A stretch of 64,000 nucleotides of DNA from the NCBI RefSeq assembly GCF_006345805.1, contig NW_021833273.1:13397-77396 (forward strand). The letters run 5' to 3'. Positions 37,061 through 50,156 of this stretch are shown here, piece by piece; the first letter of the stretch is position 1, and each line of letters begins with the position of its first letter. This stretch comes from Octopus sinensis. Its lineage: Eukaryota. The position numbers were made by a program, and so were the translations under genes. The notes beneath the pieces are model-generated. The model did no database searches and was not told the origin of the DNA. It saw only the letters and a program-made list of their open reading frames with translations.

Positions 37061-37204
37061 CATACACATAGATATATATGTTTATATATGTATATACACA
37101 TATACCTACATATTATTTTATTATATTATATGTTTGTATATGTGTACGTGTAAAATATAATATATATGTATGAAAGTATGCATGTGTATGTGTGTATATA
37201 TATA

Positions 37205-37250
<46 letters not shown>

Positions 37251-37279
37251 TATATATATATACATATATACATATATAC

Positions 37280-37341
<62 letters not shown>

Positions 37342-37483
37342 TATATTATATATATATGTATATATATACAATATATATATATGAATATATATATATATAC
37401 ATGTACATATATATATGTATTATATATATACATATATATATCATATCTACACATCCACATATGGGTGTGTATGCGTATGCGTA

Positions 37484-37514
<31 letters not shown>

Positions 37515-37869
37515 GCGTGTGTGTGTGTGCGTGTGTGGTGTGTGTGTGTGTGTGTGTGTACAAATATAATTCTCTCTGACCCACGTGTAAGGGAATCAAC
37601 TAGGGTGAGGTAAGGGAGAAATGAGAGATAAGAGAGAAAACTGATTCACCTACTGCCAAAGTCTTTGTCGTCAACCACAACCTTCATTGACAGTGGAAGC
37701 GCATCTCTTACTGCTTCTCTTCCGATACTTTACCCTCTCCCCTCTCACCACAACCAGCGTCATCACCGCCATCAGCACATCCTTTATTTTTCACCAAGCA
37801 AATATAGCGCTAAGAATGATGGCATGCCACCTTTCTCGATATCAACTCCGACATCACTCTTATCATACC

Positions 37870-38050
37870 ATCGTGTGGTAATTGGTGCACTTGGCACAAC
37901 ATCGAAATTGCTACCTAAAGGCCCTGGCGGATATCGGAAATGGGACTCGAATTGTCATGTCAACATGCAGGAAAATGAAATCCTGTATTTTTGCAGAAAT
38001 CTTAGGAAAGATTCTTGGAAGTTAGAGGCTTGTCACCAAGCCTCAAGATA
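37870..38050 (+). mobile_element. R4/Dong-like RLE LINE, short 3' fragment
   Basis: VVIGALGTTSK...ILY..RNLRKILGS*, then the hairpin GAGGCTTG-TCAC-CAAGCCTC and (CTA)n. Confidence 0.7.
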
Positions 38051-38071
38051 ACAACCTGGTAGCATGTACTG

Positions 38072-38119
<48 letters not shown>

Positions 38120-38151
38120 ATGATGATGATGATAATAATAATAATAACACC

Positions 38152-38186
<35 letters not shown>

Positions 38187-38192
38187 TAATAA

Positions 38193-38338
<146 letters not shown>

Positions 38339-38344
38339 TATCAT

Positions 38345-38545
38345 GATTTCAAATTATGTCACAAAGCCAGCAAGTTCAGGGAGGGATAAGTCGATTTCAT
38401 AGATCCCAGTGCTTAACTAGTACTTATTTTTTTGGGGCCCCGAAAGGATGAAAGGTAAAGTCGAGCTCGGCGGACTTTGAACTCAGAACGTAAAGTCGGA
38501 CGAAATACATTTTGCTCGGCTTGTTAACAATACTGCCAGCTAACC
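38345..38545 (-). mobile_element. SINE family B
   Basis: The reverse complement has GCTGGCAG, TTCTGAGTTCAAAGTCCGCCGAG, CCTTTCATCCTTTCGGGG and AAATAAGTACTAGTTAAGCACTGGG. Confidence 0.8.
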
Positions 38546-38559
38546 AACAGGTGTTGCAG

Positions 38560-39165
38560 ATTTGGGCAAAGGGCGACGGGTTACCAGGGTTTAGTCTGAG
38601 GGACGAAGTTCTTCATCACACAATTTCCTTCGCCACAAAACAAAGGAAGGCTACTCACTGTTACTCGACAAGAGACAGTGTTGACTGACCTTCACCATAG
38701 ACTCGGCTGATAATCGGATTCGTTAAGCACGTCCGAAGTAAACCGACAATCAACAATGCCCAGATATTGGAAGATCACGTACCGGACATTCTCGTTACCG
38801 TGTACGCATATCGGAGAAATTGCTGGCAGTTCCAACGCAACCATGTCTCTACAGCTTATCCAGAGTCGCTAAAGTCACTTGTAGCACGACAGTCAGGCAC
38901 TAAGAATACAACGGAAACCATGTAGACGTTAGCCAGTTCTGACCAATCTTCGAGAAACAGTTTTCTGTCAGAGTATTTCTGATTGATGTTAGTTGCCCTA
39001 ATCGCAGCCTTTACACAAGTTTTGTCAACCACGAGCTCTGGTTCAGACCAGAACCTATACTTCTTAACTGAACCTTTGACCCAGTCATACAAGTTACTGT
39101 CCCACATAGACATGTCTCACTTGGGACCGAGTTGCAACCCCACCGACTTGTCTCGTTTAAATCGT
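38560..39165 (-). pseudogene. Old Tx1-like ORF2 fragment
   Basis: KSVGLQLG, WVKGSVKKYRFWSEPEL, QKYSDRKLFLEDWSELANVY and a degenerate C-terminal knuckle region, colinear with the 17068-19037 copy. Confidence 0.65.
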
Positions 39166-39734
39166 AATCCTATCATTTTTTATTCTTCTCCACCATGGAA
39201 CCACGCATTATGACTTCTGTATGTTTCAGAATGAGTGAGTATTCCCTCAACATCTCCTGTGTCTTCCTAACAATGGCTCCAGGAGGAAAACATGCAGATG
39301 AAACGAGATAGGTCATCCTTGCTTGACCATGCACGCGCAATATGAAATGGCTCAATTAGATGTGGCTGATAAATGACTAACAACCAAATGACATTGTCCT
39401 GTGTGACCACCCAGCCTCTGAGGATGGGACAAATTTCGGCTGAAACCATTACACGTCTGCTAATGGTAGCTGAACTTAGACTGAACCATCACCATAGTTA
39501 GATCCAGGGCCAACCCTCTCTGCAGTGTTTCTCAGGAGGTGATGGTTGTCATAGAAGGATTCACATAATTTCTTGCATCTTCCCACAAAATGCAGACAAC
39601 AAGCATCAAACTCTTGGTGAACACATTTGTCACAATTTAAAACCGATATCAACACATGTAGCAGCAGCAGCAACGCGACGACGACGACAACGACAACGAC
39701 GACGACAATCACCACCACCACCATCACCACCACC

Positions 39735-39781
39735 ACCGCCACCACTGCCATCGTCATCATCATCATCATCATCATCATCAT

Positions 39782-39840
<59 letters not shown>
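39735..39840. repeat. (ATC)n microsatellite with flanking (CAC)/(GAC) runs
   Basis: Read directly; it is the source of the poly-M/I ORFs. Confidence 0.95.
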
Positions 39841-40548
39841 GGGACATCATGATCATCAATGGCATAATAATTGTGATGAAATCATCACCCCATGTCGTCA
39901 TTGTCATTGTCGTCGTCGCTGCCATTGTTGCCGTAACCATTGTCGTCATTGGCATCATCATCATCATCGTCAGCATTATCATTATTTCTTACGGTAGACG
40001 ACACTCGAGAGATGAGGGTTGCGGGACGAACGCCCGCAGTGATAAAGCGAGCAGAAGCTACAGACATGCAGACAGACAGACAAACAGACTGTGGAACAGA
40101 CAGACAGGGAGGGAAAGAAAGAGGAAAAGAAAGAAAAGTAAAGAGAAGGAGGAATGGAAAGAAGGAAGAAGGGGAAACAAGGTGACATGGCGAGATAAAA
40201 GCAGCGTCTCTACTTCTCCCCATACCACCTCTCCCACCTCAATCTCTTCCCCCTCCTCACCTTGTCTACGTGGTGTGTCTTCTTAATTAATGTGAGACTC
40301 GCCAGATGTCTGCTGCGTAGCGATTGGTGGAGCTGCTATGAATATGTGTACATACATGCATACATACATACATACATACATACATACATACATACATACA
40401 TACACACATACATACATACGGATATATATGTATATATAAGCATACACACACATTTACATATATGCACATACCTACATACTCACGCACACACACGCACAAA
40501 CATATATAAAAACGTATGTATACACGTACATCAGTATAACATGTTCAT

Positions 40549-40579
<31 letters not shown>

Positions 40580-40789
40580 CATGGCCACATGTGCGTGTGT
40601 GTGTGTTTGTGTACGTATGTGTGTGTCCATTAGACTGTGTTTGTATCCGTATGTAAGTAAATACACAAACATACGCTTGCACATACGTACTCGCACGCAC
40701 ACACAAACTTACTCAGGCACAGACAGATACACACACTCATACACACACACACACACACACACACAACACACACAGACATACACCACACA

Positions 40790-40820
<31 letters not shown>

Positions 40821-41285
40821 AACAAACAAACGCACATGCAGAGACACACAGAATATACATATAAATGTATGTCTTTATTATTATGTGAGTATGTACTTGT
40901 GCGTACATACATCAGTAGATGCTTTTGTGCATATATTTGCATATGCGTATGAATATAATGAATATATTTGCATATAGAAATGCAATTTATGGATGTATAG
41001 AATATATTCATATAGATATTTATCATGCGAGTATATATAGATTTCCGGATGTATGTATATTTGTGTGTATGTGCGTGTGTGTTGTGCGTGTGTGTCTTGT
41101 GTGTGTGTGTGCGCGCGCGCACGCGTTAAAAATATATGTTCGTGCTGGTGATTGATTATATATATATATATATATACACACACATATATATATACGTATA
41201 TACATATGTGTATACACATATATATATATACACTCACACTTACATATATACATACAAACTTGCTTCTATAATATATATACATACG

Positions 41286-41320
<35 letters not shown>

Positions 41321-42224
41321 GTCTATATATATGGACGAGTATTTCGTTGACACTTATTACCATCTGATTCATATCATTTATATTTCTCTCTTTCTCCCGC
41401 TCCCTCTCTATGTATGCATGTATGTATGTATGTATGTATGTATGTATGTATGTATGTATGTATGCATGTATGTATGTGTATGTATGTATGTACGAACGTA
41501 CGTACGTAAGTATGCATACACACACACATATACGTATATACATATATGCTCACCTATTTCTGCATTATATAATAAATTATTCAGTAAAACCTCTCCACTG
41601 TATTTTGTAATAAAATAAAAATAATATAAAGGAAAACAAAGAAAAAAGAAATGCAATTTTTAGTAAACGGACATCGTAAATTTTGGTTTCAGTTACAATT
41701 CGTGGATTTGAAGGAAAATAGAGATATACGATCCTGTAGAAGATGACAGCAACTTCGAAGTGTAACTCTGAGGAGTTTGAGTACTTCGAAGAATGTTTCC
41801 TGCAAATAGATGTCATTGAATTGGCTCCGGGCTGTGAAGAAACTACTATTAGACGTGTATTGTGATGGTTATCTGAATGTCGAAGGAAAGCAGTCATATT
41901 GTTTAACCCTTAACACTATTCGTTTTTATTTCTGACGTTAGTCTCCTTCTGCGGTATTCTCTTCCGTTTCCATCTGCAGAAGTTCATCTCCTAAACTGTT
42001 ATGCACTAAATATTGGGCAAATCCACTTTGGCCTTGGTCTCTCTCTCTCTCTCTCTCTCTCTAATTCTCTCTCTCCCTCCCTCTCTCTTCTTTACTCCCC
42101 TCTCTCTTTCCCTTTGCACCTCTATCTCCCTCCCTTCCTTCCCTCTCTCTGTGAGAAAAGGGTCAAAAAATTTCTCGCAAAAATCTAAAATTGGTTTCAA
42201 AATTTGGCACAAAGCTAGAAATGT

Positions 42225-42332
42225 CTAGGGGATAGGACAAGTCGATTACATTATCCTTAGTGCTTTGCTGCTGCTTATCTTATCGACTCTGAAACAATGA
42301 AAGACAAAATTGACCTCGGTAGAATTTGAGCT
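42225..42332 (-). mobile_element. SINE family B, partial
   Basis: AGTCGATTACAT...TTATCGACTCTGAAA.AATGAAAG.CAAA.TTGACCTCGG.AGAATTTGAGCTC. Confidence 0.65.
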
Positions 42333-43378
42333 CCTTTGTTCTAGTTGTGTGTGTGTGTGTGTGTGTGCGTGTGGTGTGTGTGTGTGTGTGTGTGTATGCG
42401 TGTGTGTGTGTTTCTGTGTAAAATTATAAGACTCAATAACTTATAGCGAATAGAATTTCTTTAAGCGAAACTATTACTATTAATCTTAATGCAAAAGGAA
42501 TTAGGTTTTGTGTGCAATGTGTACCACTCGCATTGTGACCAGCGATGTGTAACACCATCGGGTAGCCTGGTCGGTCACGTGATCACGTGATGTATCACTA
42601 CAATCTCTCTATTGCAACCTCCGCTCTTTTTCACGGTCTCTGTCTGAGTCTCCCCCCCCCCCGCGCGCACATACATAAACATACACAAACGCACAAACAC
42701 ACACACGTATTGAAATATTGAACATCTTTTGTTTCACGAGTTTAGGAAAATCCTGCTTCGCTGAGGAGGTCTAATAAGCACTTGTTTTGGTCTAATAAGA
42801 CTAAAACATGTCCTTTGCTTTCATTACATGACTTTAAAGCTCAGACACACAATGGTAAATCTGATTTTGAAACCAACAAGTCCTATTTCTTTTAGTTCTA
42901 TTTATATATCATCAAAAGTAGGTAAGCATTTATATATGCATGAATATATGTGCATGTATATATGCACGTACACACACACGCACACACAAACAATCTGAAT
43001 AAAAAGACAGAGAAAGATTTTAACACATCTTTTATGATCAGTTACAATTGTTTCGTACCAACTCTGCTTTCAACGCCAGTTCATGCAAAAGTTCCAAATG
43101 AAAAGTGATGTAAAGTGCACCTTTGTTGCGGGTTTGAAGAAGTGCCACCCTAATGTTTAAAATCGCAAATATTACATAAACTTTCGCTTGGAAAAGTCTC
43201 ATTTTGGATATATTTTGTTCTTCGCTAAACGGACATAAGAGTTTTATAGTTGTGAAACATGGATTTTCTGCTCCTGAGAAAATCTGATATTAGTCACGAG
43301 GAATCCAACAGTATCGATAACCGAAAGCCCGGGTGAACGATGTTACAAGTAAATAACCTATTATTCTACCTTCCCACA

Positions 43379-43418
<40 letters not shown>

Positions 43419-43445
43419 TTATATATATGCTACGTATATATATAT

Positions 43446-43498
<53 letters not shown>

Positions 43499-43501
<3 letters not shown>

Positions 43502-43945
43502 GTACTAATACGTACTAATACGTACTAATACATACTAATACATACTAATACATACACCTACCCTATACATACACACGTCCAGACCTCTCACACGCACTTA
43601 TACTCTCTCATACACACACACACACTTATACATACTAATACGTACTAATACATACTAATACATACTAATACATACACCAACCCCATACATACGCACGTCC
43701 AGACCTATCATACTCACTAATACTCTCTCATACACACACACACACACTTATACATACTAATACGTACTAATACATACTAATACATACTAATACATACACC
43801 AACCCCATACATACGCACGTCCAGACCTATCATACTCACTAATACTCTCTCATACACACGCACACACCCTTATACATACTAATACATACTAATACATACA
43901 CCAACCCTATACATACACACATCCAGACCTCTCCTACGCACTAAT
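43499..43945. repeat. Hierarchical minisatellite: about 4 units of ~120 bp, each containing 10-bp subrepeats
   Basis: (C[AG]TACTAATA)n-CATACACC.ACCC.ATACATAC.CAC.TCCAGACCT... recurs near 43551, 43671, 43793 and 43895. Confidence 0.92.
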
Positions 43946-44116
43946 AGCTGGTCATTCAACCCTATTATCAACCCTATTATCTCCCCTTATTTCGCTCTCG
44001 CGTCTCATGTTTGATCTTTGACCTCTGGCCGGAATCAGATCGCCATGTTGATTCGTTAGTTACTGCACGCTTTTTTTTTCTCTCCTTCTTTCTGTGTTTT
44101 TTTTTCTCTCTGTGTA

Positions 44117-44154
44117 TCTTTCTGTTGAAGAGCGTAGGCTCGAAACGTTAAAGA
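44117..44154 (+). ncRNA. Minimal type I hammerhead-like motif, A6U core variant
   Basis: TCTTT-CTGTTGA-A-GAGC-GTAG-GCTC-GAAAC-GT-T-AAAGA. Helices I (5 bp) and II (4 bp) are perfect; helix III ACGU can form only as a dimer. Confidence 0.55.
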
Positions 44155-44257
44155 CTTGTTTTATTTATATTTCCTGAGCGCCATACTAATACAATTGTTT
44201 GTTTGTTTCCCACCTGCCTTCGTCTTTTGTCTATTTTCATAAAGCTTCCCGTATATA

Positions 44258-44300
<43 letters not shown>

Positions 44301-44335
44301 TGTGGGGAATATATATATATATATATATTCAGAAT

Positions 44336-44708
44336 AGGCGCAGGAGTGGCTGTGTGGTAAGTAGCTTACTTACCAACCACATGGTTCCGGGTTCAGTCCC
44401 ACTGCGTGGCACTTTGGGAACGTGACTTCTACTATAGCCTCGGGTCGACCAAAGCCTTGTGAGTGGATTTGGTAGACGGAAACTGAAAGAATCCCGTCGT
44501 ATATATGTATACGTATATGTTGTGTGTGTGTTTGTGTGTCTGTGTTTGTTCCCCCAACAACGCTTGACAACCGATACTGGTTCGGCAAAAGTGACCGATA
44601 GAATAAGTACTAGGCTTACAAAGAATAAGTCCTGGGGTCGATTTGCTCGGCTAAAGGCGGTGCTCTAGCATGGCTGCCGTCAAATGACTGAAACAAGTAA
44701 AGAGTAAT
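44336..44708 (+). mobile_element. SINE family A, full length with a small internal deletion
   Basis: AGGCGCAGGAGTGGCTGTGTGGTAAG...GGGTTCAGTCCC...GCATGGCTGCCGTCAAATGACTGAAACAAGTAAAAG. Confidence 0.95.
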
Positions 44709-44829
44709 GTAACTACATGTGGATCGCTGGCGATTTCCCCCCATCCCCGTCTTCCTGTCAATGGATGGTTGAATGATGAAATCCAAGCTTCTCTGGTAGT
44801 TCCTCAACAGTTACGATGAGATTTTATTC

Positions 44830-45675
44830 CACAGAGGATGTGGTGAATATATCGTCGTCTAAATTACGCAAAAATGAAAATAACACTGACATCTCATTTT
44901 ACTAAAATAACATTAAAATATCTTGAAATACTAAAGAATAAATTTATTCAATAAATTCGCCATTGGCTTCAGCCACGGCTTCCAGACAACTTCGGTATCT
45001 CCCGCAACTCTCTGGGCGGTCTCCTTGTTTAAGTTGGTGAATGCTGCCATAATCCTTCCCTTCAGTGTTTCTTTGGTGTTACAAGGAGTTTTGTTGGTCT
45101 CTCGCTCAACTGCGCCCTACGCATAATAATGAAGGGGTTGCAGTCTGGAGAATTAGGTGACCAGATGTTAGGGGTGATGTGGTCGCAGAAATTGTCTGAC
45201 AGCCATGACTGGGTTCTCTTGCTTGTGTGGTATGGTGCAGAGTTCCGTTGCCAGACATAGGGTCTTCCAGCAGCCACCCTTCACCCAAGGAAGCACTGTC
45301 TCTTCCAGGCATTTGATATAGACCTCCATGTTGAGTCTGAGGCTGTGTGGGAAGATGAATGGAGGTATAACGTCGCCATCACTAGTGATCACTCCAAACA
45401 CCATAATGTTGATTGTATGTTTAATTTTTATCCATCTCGGCACATGTTTTGGGGACACGGCAAGCCAACGGTTGCTCTGTGTGTTCACCATCTGTTCCTA
45501 CTGGGGTTTCTGGTGGTAACGCCAAGCAGTACAGCATGTCGTTTTCAAGTTTTCAGCAGAGTGAATTGGGTGATGGTGCTGTTTTTCACACATACAGTGC
45601 CCATCTGACCCTACTATACTTTGTAGTCGACAAAACCCATATACATAAAATGGCGACAATTTACCCATCCAAACT
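44830..45675 (-). mobile_element. Tc1/mariner relic of the maT (DD37D)-like type, internally deleted
   Basis: IMVFGVITSDGDVIPPFIFP, WQRNSAPYHTS, WLSDNF...IWSPNSPDCNP. TIRs are only weakly recognisable and the D-D spacing was not counted. Confidence 0.75.
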
Positions 45676-45766
<91 letters not shown>

Positions 45767-45788
45767 ATGTATGTATATATATATAATA

Positions 45789-45866
<78 letters not shown>

Positions 45867-46119
45867 ATATATATATATATATATACATACAAAATAAGAA
45901 AATGGAGAAATACATGGAAGTCAAATATCAATTACCAGATAATACTCAATCACATACTTCATTAAACCACCACATAAGAAACTATAAGGTTAAACATAAT
46001 AATGTAGAACAAAACAGTGTACATGAAGGAGTGTACATAAAAGAGTAATGTTATACAATAAGTAGAATATGTATAAGAGAGTGTAAATATAAGTACATAT
46101 AAATATAAATATAGACTAC

Positions 46120-46246
46120 ATCTTACAGCTGTTTCGGCCATGTATATAAGTATGTCTCATTTTACTTATATTAGCCATTTATGGTAGGTCAATATGTAGT
46201 TATAAATGAGACATTTACCAAAATATCCTAAGGCCTCTTCGGAGAT
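46120..46246 (-). ncRNA. Type I hammerhead-like motif with long helix II, U4C
   Basis: ATCT-CCGAAGA-GGCC-(~92 nt containing ATGTCTCATTT/AAATGAGACAT)-GGCC-GAAAC-AGCT-GTA-AGAT. Confidence 0.65.
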
Positions 46247-46254
46247 TATGTGAT

Positions 46255-46298
<44 letters not shown>

Positions 46299-46510
46299 TG
46301 GTCGTATACTGTCAACTCAATGTGACAGTCCCGTAAGGGAATTACACCACCGCCATTTAGCCCTAGGAAACATCGACGTCTCCTGTTGGCTTTGACACAT
46401 TTTCTGTGTCCTTATATTTGCAAAGGGGAGGCAATCACCCCCGCCATCCGGGACAAGGCACCTGAAGACATATGTTTCTTAGTGTATTGCTCATCGTCAG
46501 AAATTCAATA

Positions 46511-46557
<47 letters not shown>

Positions 46558-46858
46558 ATATATACATACATACATACATACATATATACTGTTTAATTCA
46601 TAATAATTTTGAAGTTTCGAGAGAAATAACTCGTTTATAACATTTGAACTCGAAGTAGATGAAGCTATAAATAATAGAGTGTAAATAATGAATTAAAAAA
46701 CTGTATGGATAGGGAAAATCGACCAAAGAGTTTTTTTAGCCAATATTTGCAGTATATTATTTATAACTTCATCTACTTCAAGTTCAACTGTTAAAAACAA
46801 ATTATGAAATATATGTATATAAATACAAATATATATGTGTATATACCCCCCATATATG

Positions 46859-46905
<47 letters not shown>

Positions 46906-46981
46906 CACATATACATATATATATGTATGTATATAACTATACATCCGTATACATACAAAGATATACACATGTGTATATGTA

Positions 46982-47048
<67 letters not shown>

Positions 47049-48467
47049 ATATAGATATATGTATATATATAATATATATTTATACATACACACATTCGTA
47101 CATATATATACGTGCTTATGCACATACAGACATATTCACACACACGCAAACACATACACGCAAATGATAAGAACAACACTGATGTCGTAGCAACGAAAAT
47201 TTATAATTATTTGTAGAAATTTTGAGTGAGTTAAGATTGTCTGATAGTCTTCATATGTAATTCCCACTCACTGTCGTTTATATGTATGTATGTATGTATG
47301 TATGTATGCATGCATGTATGTATGTATGTATGTATGTATGTATGTATGTATGTATGTATGTATGTATGTATGTATATATATGTACTATACATACTATGTA
47401 TGATATATATATTTATATATACAAGATACTTTCATATTCACATTAATATATACATATATGCATATGTCTAATCATGTATGTATTTTTAAAGACATTTATA
47501 TATGTATGTATATGTGTATACACGTAATGATATGTCTGTATGTGTGTGTATGTGTGAGCATATATATATATATATATGTATATGTATATATATATATATG
47601 TATATATATGTTCATATATATGCATGTGTATGCGCCTGTACATGTGCAATATATTACATTTATAAATGCATCGAGAGCATACACATACACTCTCACACAT
47701 ACACATGCACACACACGCACATACACACACACACACACACACTACACACACACTCCCTCTCACGCATGCACTCTCTCTCACGCATGCACTCTCTCTCACA
47801 CACACAAACACACGCACACATCCTAGATCATGGATATCCAAAATATTTCAATACCATGCGAACTTAGTCACGTTTCTCGTGTCTGACGGTATTCTCCGCT
47901 CTCTTCTTCCTTGTAGTTAATGTTTTCCTGTTCTGCCTTACATAACGGAATCACAAAACACGTTGTACACATACATACGTAAAGACATACACGCATACAT
48001 TTACATATATACACTTGCACACCCTTATGTGTTCACATAGAAATAGTAACACACATGCACACATAGAAATAGGTTGGCCGCTACTGGTAAATGAGAGCTC
48101 AGTATAGTGTATCATGACCCAGTCATCTTGTAGTAAAGCATTTGCTCTGTGTTAACATAATATAAAAAATTGCTCCCCGGGAAGAACCGATATGACTCTG
48201 CATCCTAATATGCTATGATCTCACACTGCAGAGCCACAATGGCTAAACGTGCGTAAGGAAAAATAGCAAAAGCAGCATGCGTTTATTATTATTTTTATTA
48301 TATTTTTTCTGTATATCATAATCAGTAATACTCCTAAGTATAGTATTTACCACTCCACTTTACTAAAAGTAGACTGGGTAACGATACTATATGAGAAGCT
48401 GTAAATTCACCAGTAGCATTCTTGCATCAAACTGCATACACAAGATATACCATGTGTATATGTGTGT

Positions 48468-48499
<32 letters not shown>

Positions 48500-48869
48500 T
48501 TATGGGAATCAGTTTAGGATTGCTGGAAATACACTAAAGACTTAAAACAAATCGTAAATTTTTTGTCTTTTAATTTATTAAAACATCATACAGGTTTCAA
48601 CATTACGTTTTGGTTTTTGAGTTGCAAATACATTTTAAAGAAGTATAAAAAAAAGTCGAAAACAGAATGCACAGCAGAATATTCCACAGATATAAAACAT
48701 GCTCAAAAATAAATAAATAAATAAAATGCTTAATGCTTTCAAAATTACGATGAAAACTCATGCATTTACTAGGTTTCCCAGCTGTAAGAAATTATGAAAG
48801 TTCTAATGTCTGATAAATATCATAGCAATAATATATAATAGAAATTTGAAAGTTCAATAAGTTTCCAAC

Positions 48870-49033
48870 AAGCAAGCAAAATGCTTAGCGGCATTTCGTC
48901 CACCGCCGAGGTTGACTTTGCCTTTCATCATTTCCGAGTCGATGAGATAAGTACCAGTTATGTGCTGGGGTGGATGTAATCGACTTACCTGTCTCCCACC
49001 GAGCTTGTAGATCTTGTGCCAAAATTTGAAACC
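48870..49033 (+). mobile_element. SINE family B with internal deletion
   Basis: AAAATGCTTAGCGGCATTTCGTCC-/-CCGCCGAGGTTGACTTTGCCTTTCATC...GATAAGTACCAGTT...CTTGTGCCAAAATTTGAAACC. Confidence 0.85.
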
Positions 49034-50071
49034 AATAAGTTGTTTCATCGTTTTACATTATTTGTTCAAATATTACTGGGATCAAAGTTGCAGTTCACCT
49101 TTCCAAGCTAATTAAAATCGAGTACCAATGACGTATTGGACTGAAGTGTTTTAGAAATGCATATTACTGTTACAGTCTAAGAGACACATTTTAACCATTT
49201 GAATACACACAAGAACTTGAACATTTAATATTTGGTGTTAAAATTTTCGTCGCAAAAACTGCGACCTGATCACTGACATCATATAATAAATGTTTAAGTG
49301 AAGTTAACAGTTTTTGTGTGTTTTCGAATGACTAATATGTTTAAACACATTGTCTCAGATCAAATCACTTCTCAGACAAGTACATGAACGAAATGTTATG
49401 GTTATTGATATTTACCAATTTAAATATGTTTTTTCTTCGTTTACGCAATTTAATGACGTTCCACAACCAAAGTCTATCATTTATTGCCAGGAAAAAATAA
49501 ATGAAAAATTCATAAAAGTCGATAATTATTTCGTCTATTCAGTATTTTAATTGGTTATTCGTCTTTGAATGTATTGTCTTCGAGAAGTCTTTTGGCTGCT
49601 GAGAAAGCTTGTTGCATTACTTTATCAGAAACTTACTCTAATATTTAAAGCTTCTCTTTGAAGGTATTCGAAAAATTCTTTATATCTCTTGAAGAAGATT
49701 GCAGAACTGATAAGAACATGAATAAGCCTTGTTGTGAGGTGGCTGACAATATTGTGACATGTGGCGTTTACAGTGAAATGTAAAGATTGAAAACGTATGT
49801 CATGAAAGTAACAATGCACAAAGAGAATTAAAAGTTGGAAACAAAAACAAAGCTCACAAATAAAAATCAAACGAAACGAACTGTAAAGATGTTTGAAACA
49901 ATTATATGGGCAAGTGAACTCTCAAATTGCATTGGCTAGACCTGCTGGGTCTCTTATTTTGTAATTTAAGGGAAATCTTATTTTCATAGCGGTATCATTT
50001 CTTTTATTACACACATGTATATATGTATATGTATGTGTATGTGTATGTATGCATGTGTGTGTATATGTATG

Positions 50072-50156
<85 letters not shown>

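Noticed and set aside
42757-42815. CTGAGGA-GGTC...GACT-AAAAC-AT-GTC hammerhead-like string
   Set aside because: G12 is missing and helix I does not pair; too degenerate to support.
43499-43945. Regular repeats that might suggest a CRISPR-like array
   Set aside because: The units are tandem with no unique spacers, the context is eukaryotic and there are no cas genes; it is a minisatellite.
44336-44410. tRNA-like sequence with A and B boxes (also at the heads of other SINE A, B and C copies)
   Set aside because: These are SINE heads continuing into SINE bodies. No complete cloverleaf or acceptor stem could be drawn.
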